Of a stretch of 64,000 nucleotides of DNA, positions 27,797 through 37,694 are shown one piece after another. The DNA lies in assembly GCA_965277805.1 (NCBI GenBank), contig OZ255842.1, positions 480,001-544,000 of the forward strand. The letters run 5' to 3'. Origin of the DNA: Candidatus Lustribacter sp. (GTDB lineage Bacteria > Vulcanimicrobiota > Vulcanimicrobiia > Vulcanimicrobiales > Vulcanimicrobiaceae). Within the stretch, counting starts at the first letter, position 1; the number at the start of each line of letters is the position of its first letter. The position numbers and the translations under genes were made by a program. The notes below the pieces were generated by a model. It saw only the letters and a program-made list of their open reading frames with translations, made no database searches and was not told the DNA's origin.

Positions 27797-28587
27797 ATCT
27801 CGAACTGTCGGGCCGCGCGGCGGTCGTCACCGGCGGAACGTCCGGCATCGGCCTGAGCGCCGTGCGCCGTTTGCTCGATGAGGGCATGTCGGTGGCGTTT
27901 TGCGCGCGCGATGCGGCACGCGTCGAAGCGATAAGCGCGGAACTCGCCCGCGGCGCCGGCGATCGCGTGCTGGGTGTCGTTGCCGACGTGCTCGACGTCA
28001 CGGCCCTCGATGCATTTCGCGCCGCGGTGGAAGCGCGTTTCGGCCGGCTCGACGTGCTCGTGCACAATGCCGGGCGCTCGCGCCTCGCCGGATTCGACGC
28101 CGTCGGCGACGCCGACTGGACGGAAGAACTCGAGCTGAAATTCTTCGGCTTGTTGCGCCCGACGCGCGCGTTCTTGCCGCTGTTGCGCAAGTCGGATGCC
28201 GCCAGCATGGTGTACGTGTCGTCGCTGCTCGCGAAGCAGCCCGAGCCGACCCTCATCGCCACCAGCGCCGCGCGCGGCGGCGCGCTCAACCTCGCCAAAT
28301 CGATGTCGTTTGAGTTCGCGCCCGCGATTCGCGTCAACTCGATCTTGCTCGGAGTGATCGACACCGGCCAGTGGGAAAAGCGCCTCGCCGCGCGCCGCGC
28401 CGCCGGCGATACGATCGAGCGCGATGCCTACATTGCCGAGCTCGCGCACGAGCGCGGCATTCCCCTCGGCCGGATCGGCCGCCCCGAAGAGGTCGCGGCG
28501 GCCATCGCCTTTCTTGCCTCCCCGCTGTGCGGCTTCATGACCGGGTCGGTCATAGAAATTTCGGGTGGTTTCAGCCACTATGTCTGA
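27793..28587 (+). CDS. SDR oxidoreductase with atypical active site
   Basis: TGGTSGIG, HNAG, IPLGRIGRPEEVA. TSAAR in place of YxxxK. Confidence 0.85.
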   Translation: MNLELSGRAAVVTGGTSGIGLSAVRRLLDEGMSVAFCARDAARVEAISAELARGAGDRVLGVVADVLDVTALDAFRAAVEARFGRLDVLVHNAGRSRLAGFDAVGDADWTEELELKFFGLLRPTRAFLPLLRKSDAASMVYVSSLLAKQPEPTLIATSAARGGALNLAKSMSFEFAPAIRVNSILLGVIDTGQWEKRLAARRAAGDTIERDAYIAELAHERGIPLGRIGRPEEVAAAIAFLASPLCGFMTGSVIEISGGFSHYV

Positions 28588-30238
28588 ACGCGTGATCGCC
28601 GGCGACGTCATCGCCGCATTTCTCGAGGCCGCCGGCGTGCGGGCCGCCTTCGGCGTGATCAGCATCCACAACATGCCGATTCTCGACGCGATCATGCGGC
28701 GCGGCGTCATTCGCTGCGTTCCCGCGCGCGGTGAGGCCGGCGCCGTCAACATGGCCGATGCGTACGCACGCGTGCGCGGCGGAATCGGCGTCGCGTTCAC
28801 GAGCACCGGAACCGCCGCCGGCAATGCCTGCGGCGCGATGGTCGAAGCGCTGACGGCGGGCACACCATTACTGCACATTACCGGGCAAATCGACGTGCCG
28901 TTCCTCGATCGCGAACGCAGTTACATCCACGAAGCGAAAGACCAGCTCGCGATGCTGCGCGCGGTGTCGAAGCGCGCGTTTCGCGTGTGGTCGGCGGAAA
29001 CGTTGCTCGGCACGCTGCGGGAAGCGGCGGCGGTGGCGCTGACGCCTCCCATGGGACCGGTCAGCATCGAGATCCCGATCGACGTGCAAGGCGCCGCGAT
29101 GGAGATGCCGCCGTTCGACGAGCTGTTGCCGCTGCCGCCGGCCGAGCTGACGCTCGATATCCGCTCGCTCGAGGCGCTGGCGCACGAATTGCGCGGCGCG
29201 AAACGCCCGTTGCTGTGGCTGGGCGGCGGCGCTCGCGGCGCGTCCGTGCCGGTGCGCGCGCTGGCCGAAATGGGCTGGGGCGTGGTGAGCAGCGCCGCCG
29301 GCCGCGGCGTGCTGCCCGAAGATCATCCGGCGTCGCTCGGTTCATACACGTCGGCGCCCGCAGTTGAAGCGCTGTATCAAACCTGCGATGCGATGATCGT
29401 GGTCGGCTCGCGCTTGCGCGGCAACGAGACGCTGCGCTGGAATCTGCGCCTGCCCGAGCGGCTCTACCAGATCGACGCCGATCCGACGATGCGCGACCGC
29501 TCGTATCCGGTGAAGCGTTTTGTCACGGGCGATGCCGCGGTTGCGCTGACGGAACTCGTCGAGCTGGTCGGCAGCGACATGAAGATCGACCTCACGTTCC
29601 GCGCCGACGTGCGCTCCGCTCGTACCGAAGCGAACGAGGAGTTACGGCGGACGCTCGGGCCGTACGAAGACGTCGTGCATACGCTCGGCGACTGGATGCC
29701 CGCCAACGCGCTGTGGGTGCGCGACGTGACCGTTTCAAACAGCTCGTGGGGCAACCGGTACCTGCCGCTGCGCGGACCGCGCGACGGCGTGCACGCGATG
29801 GGCGGCGGGATCGGTCAAGGCTTGCCGATGGCGATCGGTGCCGCCTTGGCGGCCGGCGATCGCAAGACGGTGCTGCTCGCGGGCGACGGCGGATTGCAGC
29901 TTTCGTTCGGCGAGTTCGTCACGCTCGTGCAAGAGAACGCCGACGTGCTGACGATCGTGATGAACGACCGTGGTTACGGCGTGATCCGCAACATCCAAGA
30001 CGTTTCCTTCGGCGGCCGCAAGGTGCTGGCCGACTTGCACACGCCGGATTTCCAGGCGTTCGCGAAATCGATCGGCCTCACGAGCGCGAAGGCCGGCGAC
30101 CTGCCGTCGTTTCACGCGGCGCTGGAAACGTTGGGCAACCGCAAAGGTCCGGCGTTGCTCGAAATCGACATGCTCGCGTTCGGCACGTATGCGTCGGCGT
30201 TCGCCGGGCCGCCCGTACGCGAGAGCGCGCCGGCGTGA
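28580..30238 (+). CDS. Thiamine-diphosphate-dependent enzyme (acetolactate synthase-like family)
   Basis: FGVISIHN, RGEAGAVNMADAYAR, GDGG...ND ThDP motif. Confidence 0.88.
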   Translation: MSERVIAGDVIAAFLEAAGVRAAFGVISIHNMPILDAIMRRGVIRCVPARGEAGAVNMADAYARVRGGIGVAFTSTGTAAGNACGAMVEALTAGTPLLHITGQIDVPFLDRERSYIHEAKDQLAMLRAVSKRAFRVWSAETLLGTLREAAAVALTPPMGPVSIEIPIDVQGAAMEMPPFDELLPLPPAELTLDIRSLEALAHELRGAKRPLLWLGGGARGASVPVRALAEMGWGVVSSAAGRGVLPEDHPASLGSYTSAPAVEALYQTCDAMIVVGSRLRGNETLRWNLRLPERLYQIDADPTMRDRSYPVKRFVTGDAAVALTELVELVGSDMKIDLTFRADVRSARTEANEELRRTLGPYEDVVHTLGDWMPANALWVRDVTVSNSSWGNRYLPLRGPRDGVHAMGGGIGQGLPMAIGAALAAGDRKTVLLAGDGGLQLSFGEFVTLVQENADVLTIVMNDRGYGVIRNIQDVSFGGRKVLADLHTPDFQAFAKSIGLTSAKAGDLPSFHAALETLGNRKGPALLEIDMLAFGTYASAFAGPPVRESAPA

Positions 30239-31722
30239 CGACGGCCGCGGCCGCGCTGCAACCGATCTTCATCGGCGGCGCGTGGCGTTTGGGTCGCGGC
30301 GCGCCGGTGGTCTCGGTGAATCCGGTCGACGGTTCGGTGAACGCGACCTTTGCCGGTGCCGATGCAACCGACGTAGCCGAAGCCGTCGAACGCGGCGTGG
30401 CCGCGATGGCCGATCCGGCGTGGCGCAAGCTGCTGCCGCACGAACGCGCGCGTATCTTGCGCCGCATCGGCGACGGTCTCGCCGCCGAAACGGAGTCGCT
30501 CGCGCTCTTGCAGTTGCGCGATAACGGCAAACCGCTCTACGAAACGCGCGGCCTCGTCATCAGCGCTGCGAACACGTTTCAGTTTTTCGCCGCGGCGCTC
30601 GAGACGCTCGAATCGGAAGTCACACCCGCACGCGGCACGTTCCTCACGATGACGACCTATCAGCCGCTGGGCGTGATCGGTGCGATCACGCCGTGGAACT
30701 CGCCGATTGCGAGCGAGGCGCAGAAGGTCGCGCCGGCACTCGCGGCCGGCTGCGCCGTCGTGCTCAAGCCCTCCGAGCTCACGCCGCTGCTCGCGCTCGA
30801 ATTCGGCCGCATCGCACAAGCTGCCGGCTTGCCCGACGGATTGCTCAGCGTCGTGCCGGGGACGGGCAGCGTCGCCGGCGCCGCGCTGGTCGCGCATCCG
30901 GACGTGCGGAAGATCTCGTTCACCGGCGGCACCGAGACGGGCCGCGCGATCGCACGCGTGGCGGCGGAGAAACTGATGCCGGTCACGCTCGAACTCGGCG
31001 GCAAGTCGCCGACGATCGTGTTTGCCGATGCCGATCTCGACGTTGCGATCAACGGCGTGCTCTTCGGTATCTTCAGCTCGCAAGGTCAGAGCTGCATCGC
31101 CGGCTCGCGCCTCTTCGTCGAGCGCTCGATCTACGCGAGCTTCGTCGAACGGCTGGTCGCGCGGGCGAAGCAGCTGCAGGTCGGCGATCCGCTCGATCCG
31201 CGCACGCATCTCGGCCCGCTGATCTCGGAGGCGCAGCGCGCGAAGGTCGAGGCGTACGTCGAGCTCGCGCGCAGCGAAGGCGGCCGCGTCCTCTGCGGCG
31301 GCCGGCGTCCCGAGGGCGAGGCGTTCGCGCGCGGGACGTTTTACGAGCCGACGATCATCGACGGGCTCTCCAATCGCTCGCGCGTGTGTCGGGAAGAGAT
31401 CTTCGGTCCGGTCCTCGCGGTGCTGCCCTTCGAGTCGGAAGCCGACGTCATCGCGCAAGCCAACGATACGGTCTACGGGCTCGCCTGCGGCATCTGGACG
31501 GGCGACTACAAGCGAGCGTGGCGCGTCGGCACGGCGATCGCCGCGGGCACGCTGTGGGTCAACACCTACAAGCAGTTCAGCATCTCGACCCCGTTCGCGG
31601 GCGCGAAAGCGAGCGGGCTCGGCGTCGAGAAAGGCCGCACCGGCATCCGGAGCTACCAGCAGGAACAAAGCGTCTACTGGGGCCTCGACGAAACTCCCAA
31701 CCCGTGGGCAAATGTTCCATAG
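30235..31722 (+). CDS. Aldehyde dehydrogenase
   Basis: ITPWN, KPSE, FTGGTETG, LELGGKSP, GQSCIAG, EEIFGPV. Confidence 0.93.
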   Translation: MTTAAAALQPIFIGGAWRLGRGAPVVSVNPVDGSVNATFAGADATDVAEAVERGVAAMADPAWRKLLPHERARILRRIGDGLAAETESLALLQLRDNGKPLYETRGLVISAANTFQFFAAALETLESEVTPARGTFLTMTTYQPLGVIGAITPWNSPIASEAQKVAPALAAGCAVVLKPSELTPLLALEFGRIAQAAGLPDGLLSVVPGTGSVAGAALVAHPDVRKISFTGGTETGRAIARVAAEKLMPVTLELGGKSPTIVFADADLDVAINGVLFGIFSSQGQSCIAGSRLFVERSIYASFVERLVARAKQLQVGDPLDPRTHLGPLISEAQRAKVEAYVELARSEGGRVLCGGRRPEGEAFARGTFYEPTIIDGLSNRSRVCREEIFGPVLAVLPFESEADVIAQANDTVYGLACGIWTGDYKRAWRVGTAIAAGTLWVNTYKQFSISTPFAGAKASGLGVEKGRTGIRSYQQEQSVYWGLDETPNPWANVP

Positions 31723-31829
31723 GATGGAATCCCGCGCGCGATAGCAAGGAGCGCTCGGGGGCCGGTCCAACATTTCAGAGAAAGAACAGGTACTGCCGTC
31801 GACGACGGCAGCGTTGAGGGGAGTATCAG

Positions 31830-32840
31830 ATGGCTCGCGTGGTTGGTGCATTCGGTGTCTCGCATGGTCCGTTGTTGACGACGCCGCCGCAAGAGTGGCA
31901 TCAGCGCGCCGCCTACGACCGGCGGAATCCACGCCATGCCTACCGTGGCGCCTACTACGATTTCCCCGCGCTGCTCCAGGCTCGCGGTAAGGATTTCAGC
32001 GATCAGCTGGACCTCGATCTGAAGACCAAGCGCTACAACGCCTGTCAAGCGGCGGTCGCCGAAGTGGCAAAGCGCTACGCCGCCTGCGGCGCCAACGCGG
32101 CGATCATCCTCGGCAACGATCAGCGCGAGGTGTTCAAGGACGACTTCACCCCGGCGTTCCTCGTGTACGCGGGCAAAGAAATCCAGAACATTCATCCGGA
32201 TGAAGAAGAGACCGAGCGCCTCGGCACGATGGGTCTCGCCGTCGCGCTGCCGGGTCACGTTCCGCCGGGCGGCGCCGTCTATCCGGGTGCGCCGAAGATT
32301 GCCGAAGCGATCGTCGATGCGCTGATGGACCGTGAGTTCGATGTCTCGGTTTCCTATGAGCTGCCGGAGTACAAAGGGCATGCGCACGGAATTCCGCACG
32401 CCTTCGGGTTTATTTTCCGGCGCATCATGAACGACAACCCGCCGCCGACCGTGCCGATCTTCATGAACGTGGGCGAGGCCCGCAATCAGCCGCGCTTGCC
32501 GCGCATGATCAAGTTCGGCCACGCGATCAAAGAAGCGATCGACGCATTGCCAGACGATCTCAACATCGCGATCTTCTCATCGGGCGGGTTCACGCACTTC
32601 ACGATCGACGAAGAGTTCGATCACGCCGTGATGGCCGCGATGAAGCAAGGCGACGAGGACGCGCTGCTCAAGTTCCCCGAGTCGTGGTTCTGGGGCAACA
32701 CGTGCGAGACGAAGAGCTGGTACCCGATGGTGGCGGCGATGAACGACTACGGCCGGAAGATGGACATCATCGATTACGTGCCATGCTACCGTTCCGAAGC
32801 CGGTACGGGTCAGGGCATGATCTTCGCTAGCTGGAACTAA
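31830..32840 (+). CDS. LigB-superfamily extradiol dioxygenase, LigZ-like
   Basis: SHGP, ILGNDQ, PHAFGF, SGGFTHF, YVPCYRSEAGTG match my recollection of Sphingobium LigZ. Confidence 0.8.
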   Translation: MARVVGAFGVSHGPLLTTPPQEWHQRAAYDRRNPRHAYRGAYYDFPALLQARGKDFSDQLDLDLKTKRYNACQAAVAEVAKRYAACGANAAIILGNDQREVFKDDFTPAFLVYAGKEIQNIHPDEEETERLGTMGLAVALPGHVPPGGAVYPGAPKIAEAIVDALMDREFDVSVSYELPEYKGHAHGIPHAFGFIFRRIMNDNPPPTVPIFMNVGEARNQPRLPRMIKFGHAIKEAIDALPDDLNIAIFSSGGFTHFTIDEEFDHAVMAAMKQGDEDALLKFPESWFWGNTCETKSWYPMVAAMNDYGRKMDIIDYVPCYRSEAGTGQGMIFASWN

Positions 32841-34147
32841 TGCTCACCGAGGAACGCAACCGGCTCTTGGGCCAGACCAGCGCGGGGACGCCGATGGGCG
32901 ACCTGCTGCGCCGGTACTGGATGCCGATCGCCGGCGTGAGCGAGCTCGAGAAGAATCCGATCAAGCAAGTGCGCTTGATGGGCGAAGACCTCGTGCTCTA
33001 TCGCGATCTCGGCGGGAAATTCGGCTTGGTCGACCGCCACTGTCCGCACCGCCGCGCCGACCTCTCGTACGGCTTCGTCGAGGAGTGCGGGCTGCGCTGC
33101 AATTACCACGGCTGGCTCTTCGACAACGACGGACGCACGCTCGAGCAGCCGTTCGAAGACGTCGCGAATCCCGATGCGCACTATCGCGACAAGGTGCGCG
33201 TCAAAGCGTATCCGGTCGAAGCGAAGGCCGGTCTGTTGTGGGCCTATCTCGGGCCGCTCCCCGCACCGCTCGTGCCGAACTACGAGCCGTTCTTGTGGGA
33301 GAACGGGTTCGCGCAGATCGTCATCTCCGAAGTTCCGTGTAACTGGTTCCAAGGTCAAGAGAACTCGATCGATCCGGTGCACTTCGAGTGGATGCACCGC
33401 AACTGGAGCATCCGGCTGCGCGGCGAGACCGGGCCGTACGCGCCGCGCCATCTCAAGATCGCGTTCGATGAGTTCGAGTGGGGCCACACCTACCGGCGCG
33501 TCACCGAAGACGCCGGCGAAGACGATCCGTTGTGGACCGTCGGCCGCGTGTGCCTGTGGCCGAACGCGCTCTTCACCGGCAGCCACTTCGAGTGGCGCGT
33601 GCCGATCGACGACGAGAACATGCTCAGCGTGACGTGGCATTTCAGCCGCGTGCCGAACGAACGCGAACCGTACGTGCAAGGCACGATTCCGACGTGGCAC
33701 GGCCCGGTCAAGGATGCCCTCACCGGTAAGTGGATCACGAGCCACGTCATGAACCAGGACTTCGTTGCCTGGCTGGGTCAGGGCGCGCTCGCCGACCGCA
33801 CCAAAGAGCATCTCGGAACGAGCGACCGCGGCGTGATCATGATCCGCAAGCGCTACCTGGACGACATCGAGGCCATCGCGCGCGGCGAGGATCCGAAAGC
33901 GATCGTGCGCGATCCCGCGGTCAATCGCCGCATCGATCTTCCGATCGTCAACAAAGACGTCTTCATCAACGGGCTGCCGGCGAGCCAGTACGCGAACAAG
34001 GTCAACAGCGTCGTCGCGCGCAGCTACATCTTCCAGGTCGGTCAACCCGACGAGGTGCGGCACGCGTGGGAAGACGCGATGGGCTTCGAACGCGAAGAAC
34101 CCAAGGGCGGCGTGCTCGAACTGCTATCGGCTACCCGTAGAGCCTAA
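32840..34147 (+). CDS. Rieske O-demethylase, LigXa (5,5'-dehydrodivanillate O-demethylase)-like
   Basis: CPHRRAD...CNYHGW, QGQENSIDPVHFEWMH, RLRGETGPY, WITSHVMNQDFVAW match recalled LigXa blocks. Confidence 0.85.
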   Translation: MLTEERNRLLGQTSAGTPMGDLLRRYWMPIAGVSELEKNPIKQVRLMGEDLVLYRDLGGKFGLVDRHCPHRRADLSYGFVEECGLRCNYHGWLFDNDGRTLEQPFEDVANPDAHYRDKVRVKAYPVEAKAGLLWAYLGPLPAPLVPNYEPFLWENGFAQIVISEVPCNWFQGQENSIDPVHFEWMHRNWSIRLRGETGPYAPRHLKIAFDEFEWGHTYRRVTEDAGEDDPLWTVGRVCLWPNALFTGSHFEWRVPIDDENMLSVTWHFSRVPNEREPYVQGTIPTWHGPVKDALTGKWITSHVMNQDFVAWLGQGALADRTKEHLGTSDRGVIMIRKRYLDDIEAIARGEDPKAIVRDPAVNRRIDLPIVNKDVFINGLPASQYANKVNSVVARSYIFQVGQPDEVRHAWEDAMGFEREEPKGGVLELLSATRRA

Positions 34148-36157
34148 CCCCGCGTAGTCGACGACGCTGCCGGGCCCGCGCTTCTTGGCGGTCACCAGCG
34201 CGTCGTGCGCCAGCGAGAAGATCGCGTCCAGATCGGGCGCATCGTCGGGCGCAACCGCCATGCCGATGCTGGTGGTGAGCCCGATGAACTCCTTGCCGTG
34301 GCGGTCGCCGGTCGAGAACGGTTGCGAGAACGCCGTGAGAAATTCGTGCGCGCGCAGCTCGGCGGCCGCGCGGGTCTTCGGGTTGGGCACGAAGATCGCG
34401 AAGACGTCGCCGCCGATGCGTCCGGCGAACTCTTTGCCGCGCGTTCGCGCCCGCAGCGAGGCGGCGACCTCGACCAGCAGCGCATCGCCGATCATGTGAC
34501 CGTACGTCGCATTGATCGTGCGGAAACCGTTGATGTCGACGAGCACGAGAGCGTAGCGATCGCTCTTCGTCTCCAGGTTGGTCATCCGCGCCTGCGAGCG
34601 AAACTGCGAACGGTTGAGCAGCCCGGTGAGCACGTCGTGGCTTTGCTGATACTGGATGCGGTCGAACTGCCAATTTTGCTGCAAGTGATTGGCGAAAAAC
34701 GACGCCAGGACGTCGACATACGCCAGGTCTTGGTTGCCGAAGGGCTTCGAAGGTGGATGATTCGATGCAAAGGCCAGCGCGTGCGTCGTCCCGCCGGCGG
34801 CGAATGTGGTGGCGATGTAGGAGCGCCAGCGCGCGGATTTCCCGAGCGCCCCGGCGAGAGCGTCGAGTTCGCGCTCGTCCCAGCACCGCGCGGAGCCTTC
34901 GTTGCCGATCAATCGGCCGACGATCGTGTCGGCGAGCGGAATCGTGCTCCCGAGACTCCATCGATCGCGCGAAGCCGCGTCGACGAACGGCGCGTTGATG
35001 ATCGCTTCGACCACCAGCTCGTCACCGTCGATCCGCAGAAGCGCACCGAAGTATTCTTGGCCGCGCCGGATCGAAGCCGAGCCTTGGCGCAGCATCGCGA
35101 GGAGCAGCTCCTGCTCTTTCAAGCGCGGGTTGTTCACGATACCTGAAAGCGCTTCGAGCCGCTCGGCGTGCTCGCGCGAACGTTCCTCGGCATCGCGCAG
35201 CACCGCTTCGAGCGCGTCGACTTGGAGCTGATGCGCGAAGAACGCGCCGATCAACTCGACGTAGGCGAAATCTTCGCTCGCGAACGGCTCGGCGGTAACC
35301 TTGGATGACGCGAACGTGAGCGAGTACGTTTTATCGCCGACAAAAAATTGTGTGGCCAGCACGCTCCGCCACCCCAACCTGTGGGAACGCTGCGCGCCGG
35401 GGTCCTCGAGGAGGAGGTCGCTCCAGGCGCGCGTGCGGCCGGCCTGCAACTGGTTGACCGTGCCCGCCGCCGCCACCGGCCGGCGACTGCCGACCTCGGG
35501 TGTGAGCGTCGCCGTGCTCGTGCTTGCGACCGCAACCGCAACGACCTCGTTGGATTCGATCCGGCCCAGCAGCGCGCAGAACGGTTCGCCCGGACGAATC
35601 GCTTCGGCGGACTGCTGCAGCATCGCGGCGATCACTTCCTCGGCGTTCAAGGACGGATTGTTCGCGATCGTCCACAACGTCTCGAGCCGGCGCGCTTGCC
35701 GGCGTGCACGTTCCTCCGATTCGACCAGCGACTGCTCGAGTTCTTCGACGTGCAGGGCCAGCAGTTTGTGTGCGTCGCGCAATGCCAGCATCGTCGTGAG
35801 GCGCGCTTTGAGCTCGTCCCGGAAGATCGGCTTGCCAACGAAGTCGTTCGCTCCCGCGATCAGCACCTCGGTGCGCATACCCGCGTCGGAATCGCCCGTT
35901 ACGATGATGATCGGGACGTCGTGATGGCGCGGATCGGCGCGCAACAGGCGCGTCATCTCGAGGCCGTTGGGAGCAATCATGTGAAGGTCGAGCACGAAGC
36001 AGTCGGCATCGTGGTCCGCGCACCACGCGAGACATTCCAGCGACGAGCTGAATGGGTGCACGATCGCGCCGGGCAGCCCTTCGATTGCGTCGCGCAGCAC
36101 GAACAGCGATGTGGCGCTATCGTCAACTACGACTACGTTGTGAACCAATCGCGGCAT
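34124..36157 (-). CDS. Receiver + two GAF-like repeats + GGDEF-domain protein (GGDVF variant)
   Basis: VVDD, LDLHM, GANDFVGKP. Duplicated central module. HDVLTGLLNR, INATYGHMIGD, RIGGDVF. Confidence 0.85.
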   Translation of the reverse strand: MPRLVHNVVVVDDSATSLFVLRDAIEGLPGAIVHPFSSSLECLAWCADHDADCFVLDLHMIAPNGLEMTRLLRADPRHHDVPIIIVTGDSDAGMRTEVLIAGANDFVGKPIFRDELKARLTTMLALRDAHKLLALHVEELEQSLVESEERARRQARRLETLWTIANNPSLNAEEVIAAMLQQSAEAIRPGEPFCALLGRIESNEVVAVAVASTSTATLTPEVGSRRPVAAAGTVNQLQAGRTRAWSDLLLEDPGAQRSHRLGWRSVLATQFFVGDKTYSLTFASSKVTAEPFASEDFAYVELIGAFFAHQLQVDALEAVLRDAEERSREHAERLEALSGIVNNPRLKEQELLLAMLRQGSASIRRGQEYFGALLRIDGDELVVEAIINAPFVDAASRDRWSLGSTIPLADTIVGRLIGNEGSARCWDERELDALAGALGKSARWRSYIATTFAAGGTTHALAFASNHPPSKPFGNQDLAYVDVLASFFANHLQQNWQFDRIQYQQSHDVLTGLLNRSQFRSQARMTNLETKSDRYALVLVDINGFRTINATYGHMIGDALLVEVAASLRARTRGKEFAGRIGGDVFAIFVPNPKTRAAAELRAHEFLTAFSQPFSTGDRHGKEFIGLTTSIGMAVAPDDAPDLDAIFSLAHDALVTAKKRGPGSVVDYAGLGSTGSR

Positions 36158-36260
36158 CAGCGCACCCTTTCGCTGCCGTTCGCTCTCTACAAGGTTCGAA
36201 ACAAGCGCGGGAAATCCGCTCGCGGGCGGGTTTCGCAGCCGCGTCCGGAAATCCAGCGGA

Positions 36261-37694
36261 ATGCCCGCGGCCTCCCTTCGCACGAAGACGTTTCTCCCAT
36301 GGCTCGTTGCGGTTGCCTTTTTCATGCAAGCGCTCGACACGACAATTCTGAATACCGCGGTGCCGGTCGTGTCGAAGGCGCTGGACGTATCCCCGTTGGC
36401 GATGCGCGCCGTATTAGCCAGCTACGCGTTGAGTTTGGCCGTCTTCATTCCGATCAGCGGCTGGATGGCCGATCGTTTCGGAACGCGAGCGGTTTTCGCG
36501 TGGGCGATCGGCTTGTTCACGCTGGCGTCGGTGCTGTGCGGTTTCTGCAGCAATATCCATCTGCTCGTTGCTTGCCGCGTGCTGCAAGGCTGCGGCGGCG
36601 CGATGATGGTTCCCGTTGGGCGACTCACGCTCGTGCGGACGTTCGCAAAATCCGAACTCGTCGGGGCAATGAGTTTCGTTGCGATTCCTTCGCTGATCGG
36701 GCCGATGCTCGGACCGGTGGCCGGCGGTCTGATCGTGGCCTATCTCAGTTGGCGGTTTATCTTTTTTTTGAATCTGCCGATCGGCATCATCGGGTTGATT
36801 TTCGTCTTCATGTATCTGCCCGACTATCGTGAGAAGAAGACGCATCCGCTCGATTTTGTGGGGCTGATTCTGTTCGGCTCCGGGATTTCGCTGCTCTCGT
36901 ACGTGCTGGAAGTCTTTGACGATCACACGCTGGCGATGGGCGATATTCTGTGGCTCTCGGCGCTGTCGATCCTGTTGATCGTCGGCTACGGTCTGTATTC
37001 CGCCCGCGCGGCATACCCGTTGCTCGATTTGACGCTCTTTCGCATCCGCACGTTCACCGCGGCCGTGAGCGGCGGCTTTTTCACGCGGCTGGGTATGGGC
37101 GGCGTGCCGTTCTTATTGCCGCTGTTGTATCAGGTTGGCCTCGGGTTCACGCCGGTGCAATCGGGCCTGATGATCATGCCGCAATCCATTGCGTCGCTCG
37201 CGACGAAGTTCGTTCTGCCGCGCATTTTGAATACGGTCGGCTACCGCGCGGTGCTGATCTCCAACACGGTGATCACGGGCGGCATGATCATGCTGTTCGC
37301 AACGATCGTTCCCGGTACGCCCGTATGGATGATCGTGGGGATCGCCCTTTGTTACGGCGCTTTCCAGTCGCTGCAACTGACGAGCATGAACACGCTGGTC
37401 TACGCCGACATCCCCTCGGCCAAAGCCAGCAACGCCAGTTCGATCGCGAGCACGCTGCAGCAGCTCTCGATCAGCTTCGGCGTTGCGGCGGCCGGCCTGA
37501 CCACGGCATTTTTCATCCCGGCCGACGTGCGTTCGAACCCGCTCCTGTTCATCAACGGCGTGCACAAGGCGTTCCTCGTGCTCGGCGCCTTCACCGTGCT
37601 ATCGACGGTCGTGTTCCGGCGCTTACGCAAGGGCGACGGCGACGCCATCGGCCATAGCAGCAGCGAGACCAGCGAGGTCGCGGTCGCGTCTTAG
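36261..37694 (+). CDS. MFS transporter, DHA2 (EmrB/QacA, HsrA-like)
   Basis: FMQALDTTILNTA, GWMADRFG, RVLQGCGGAMM, FFLNLPIG. Confidence 0.9.
   Translation: MPAASLRTKTFLPWLVAVAFFMQALDTTILNTAVPVVSKALDVSPLAMRAVLASYALSLAVFIPISGWMADRFGTRAVFAWAIGLFTLASVLCGFCSNIHLLVACRVLQGCGGAMMVPVGRLTLVRTFAKSELVGAMSFVAIPSLIGPMLGPVAGGLIVAYLSWRFIFFLNLPIGIIGLIFVFMYLPDYREKKTHPLDFVGLILFGSGISLLSYVLEVFDDHTLAMGDILWLSALSILLIVGYGLYSARAAYPLLDLTLFRIRTFTAAVSGGFFTRLGMGGVPFLLPLLYQVGLGFTPVQSGLMIMPQSIASLATKFVLPRILNTVGYRAVLISNTVITGGMIMLFATIVPGTPVWMIVGIALCYGAFQSLQLTSMNTLVYADIPSAKASNASSIASTLQQLSISFGVAAAGLTTAFFIPADVRSNPLLFINGVHKAFLVLGAFTVLSTVVFRRLRKGDGDAIGHSSSETSEVAVAS

Noticed and set aside
31793-31811. CTGCCGTC-GAC-GACGGCAG hairpin before the ligZ-like RBS as a riboswitch
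   Set aside because: A single 8-bp GC-rich stem with no recognisable aptamer. Could be chance.
8201-31932. Long antisense or alternative-frame ORFs (e.g. 8201-9793, 13809-15851, 30112-31932)
   Set aside because: Arg/Ala-rich shadows of real high-GC genes with no motifs.
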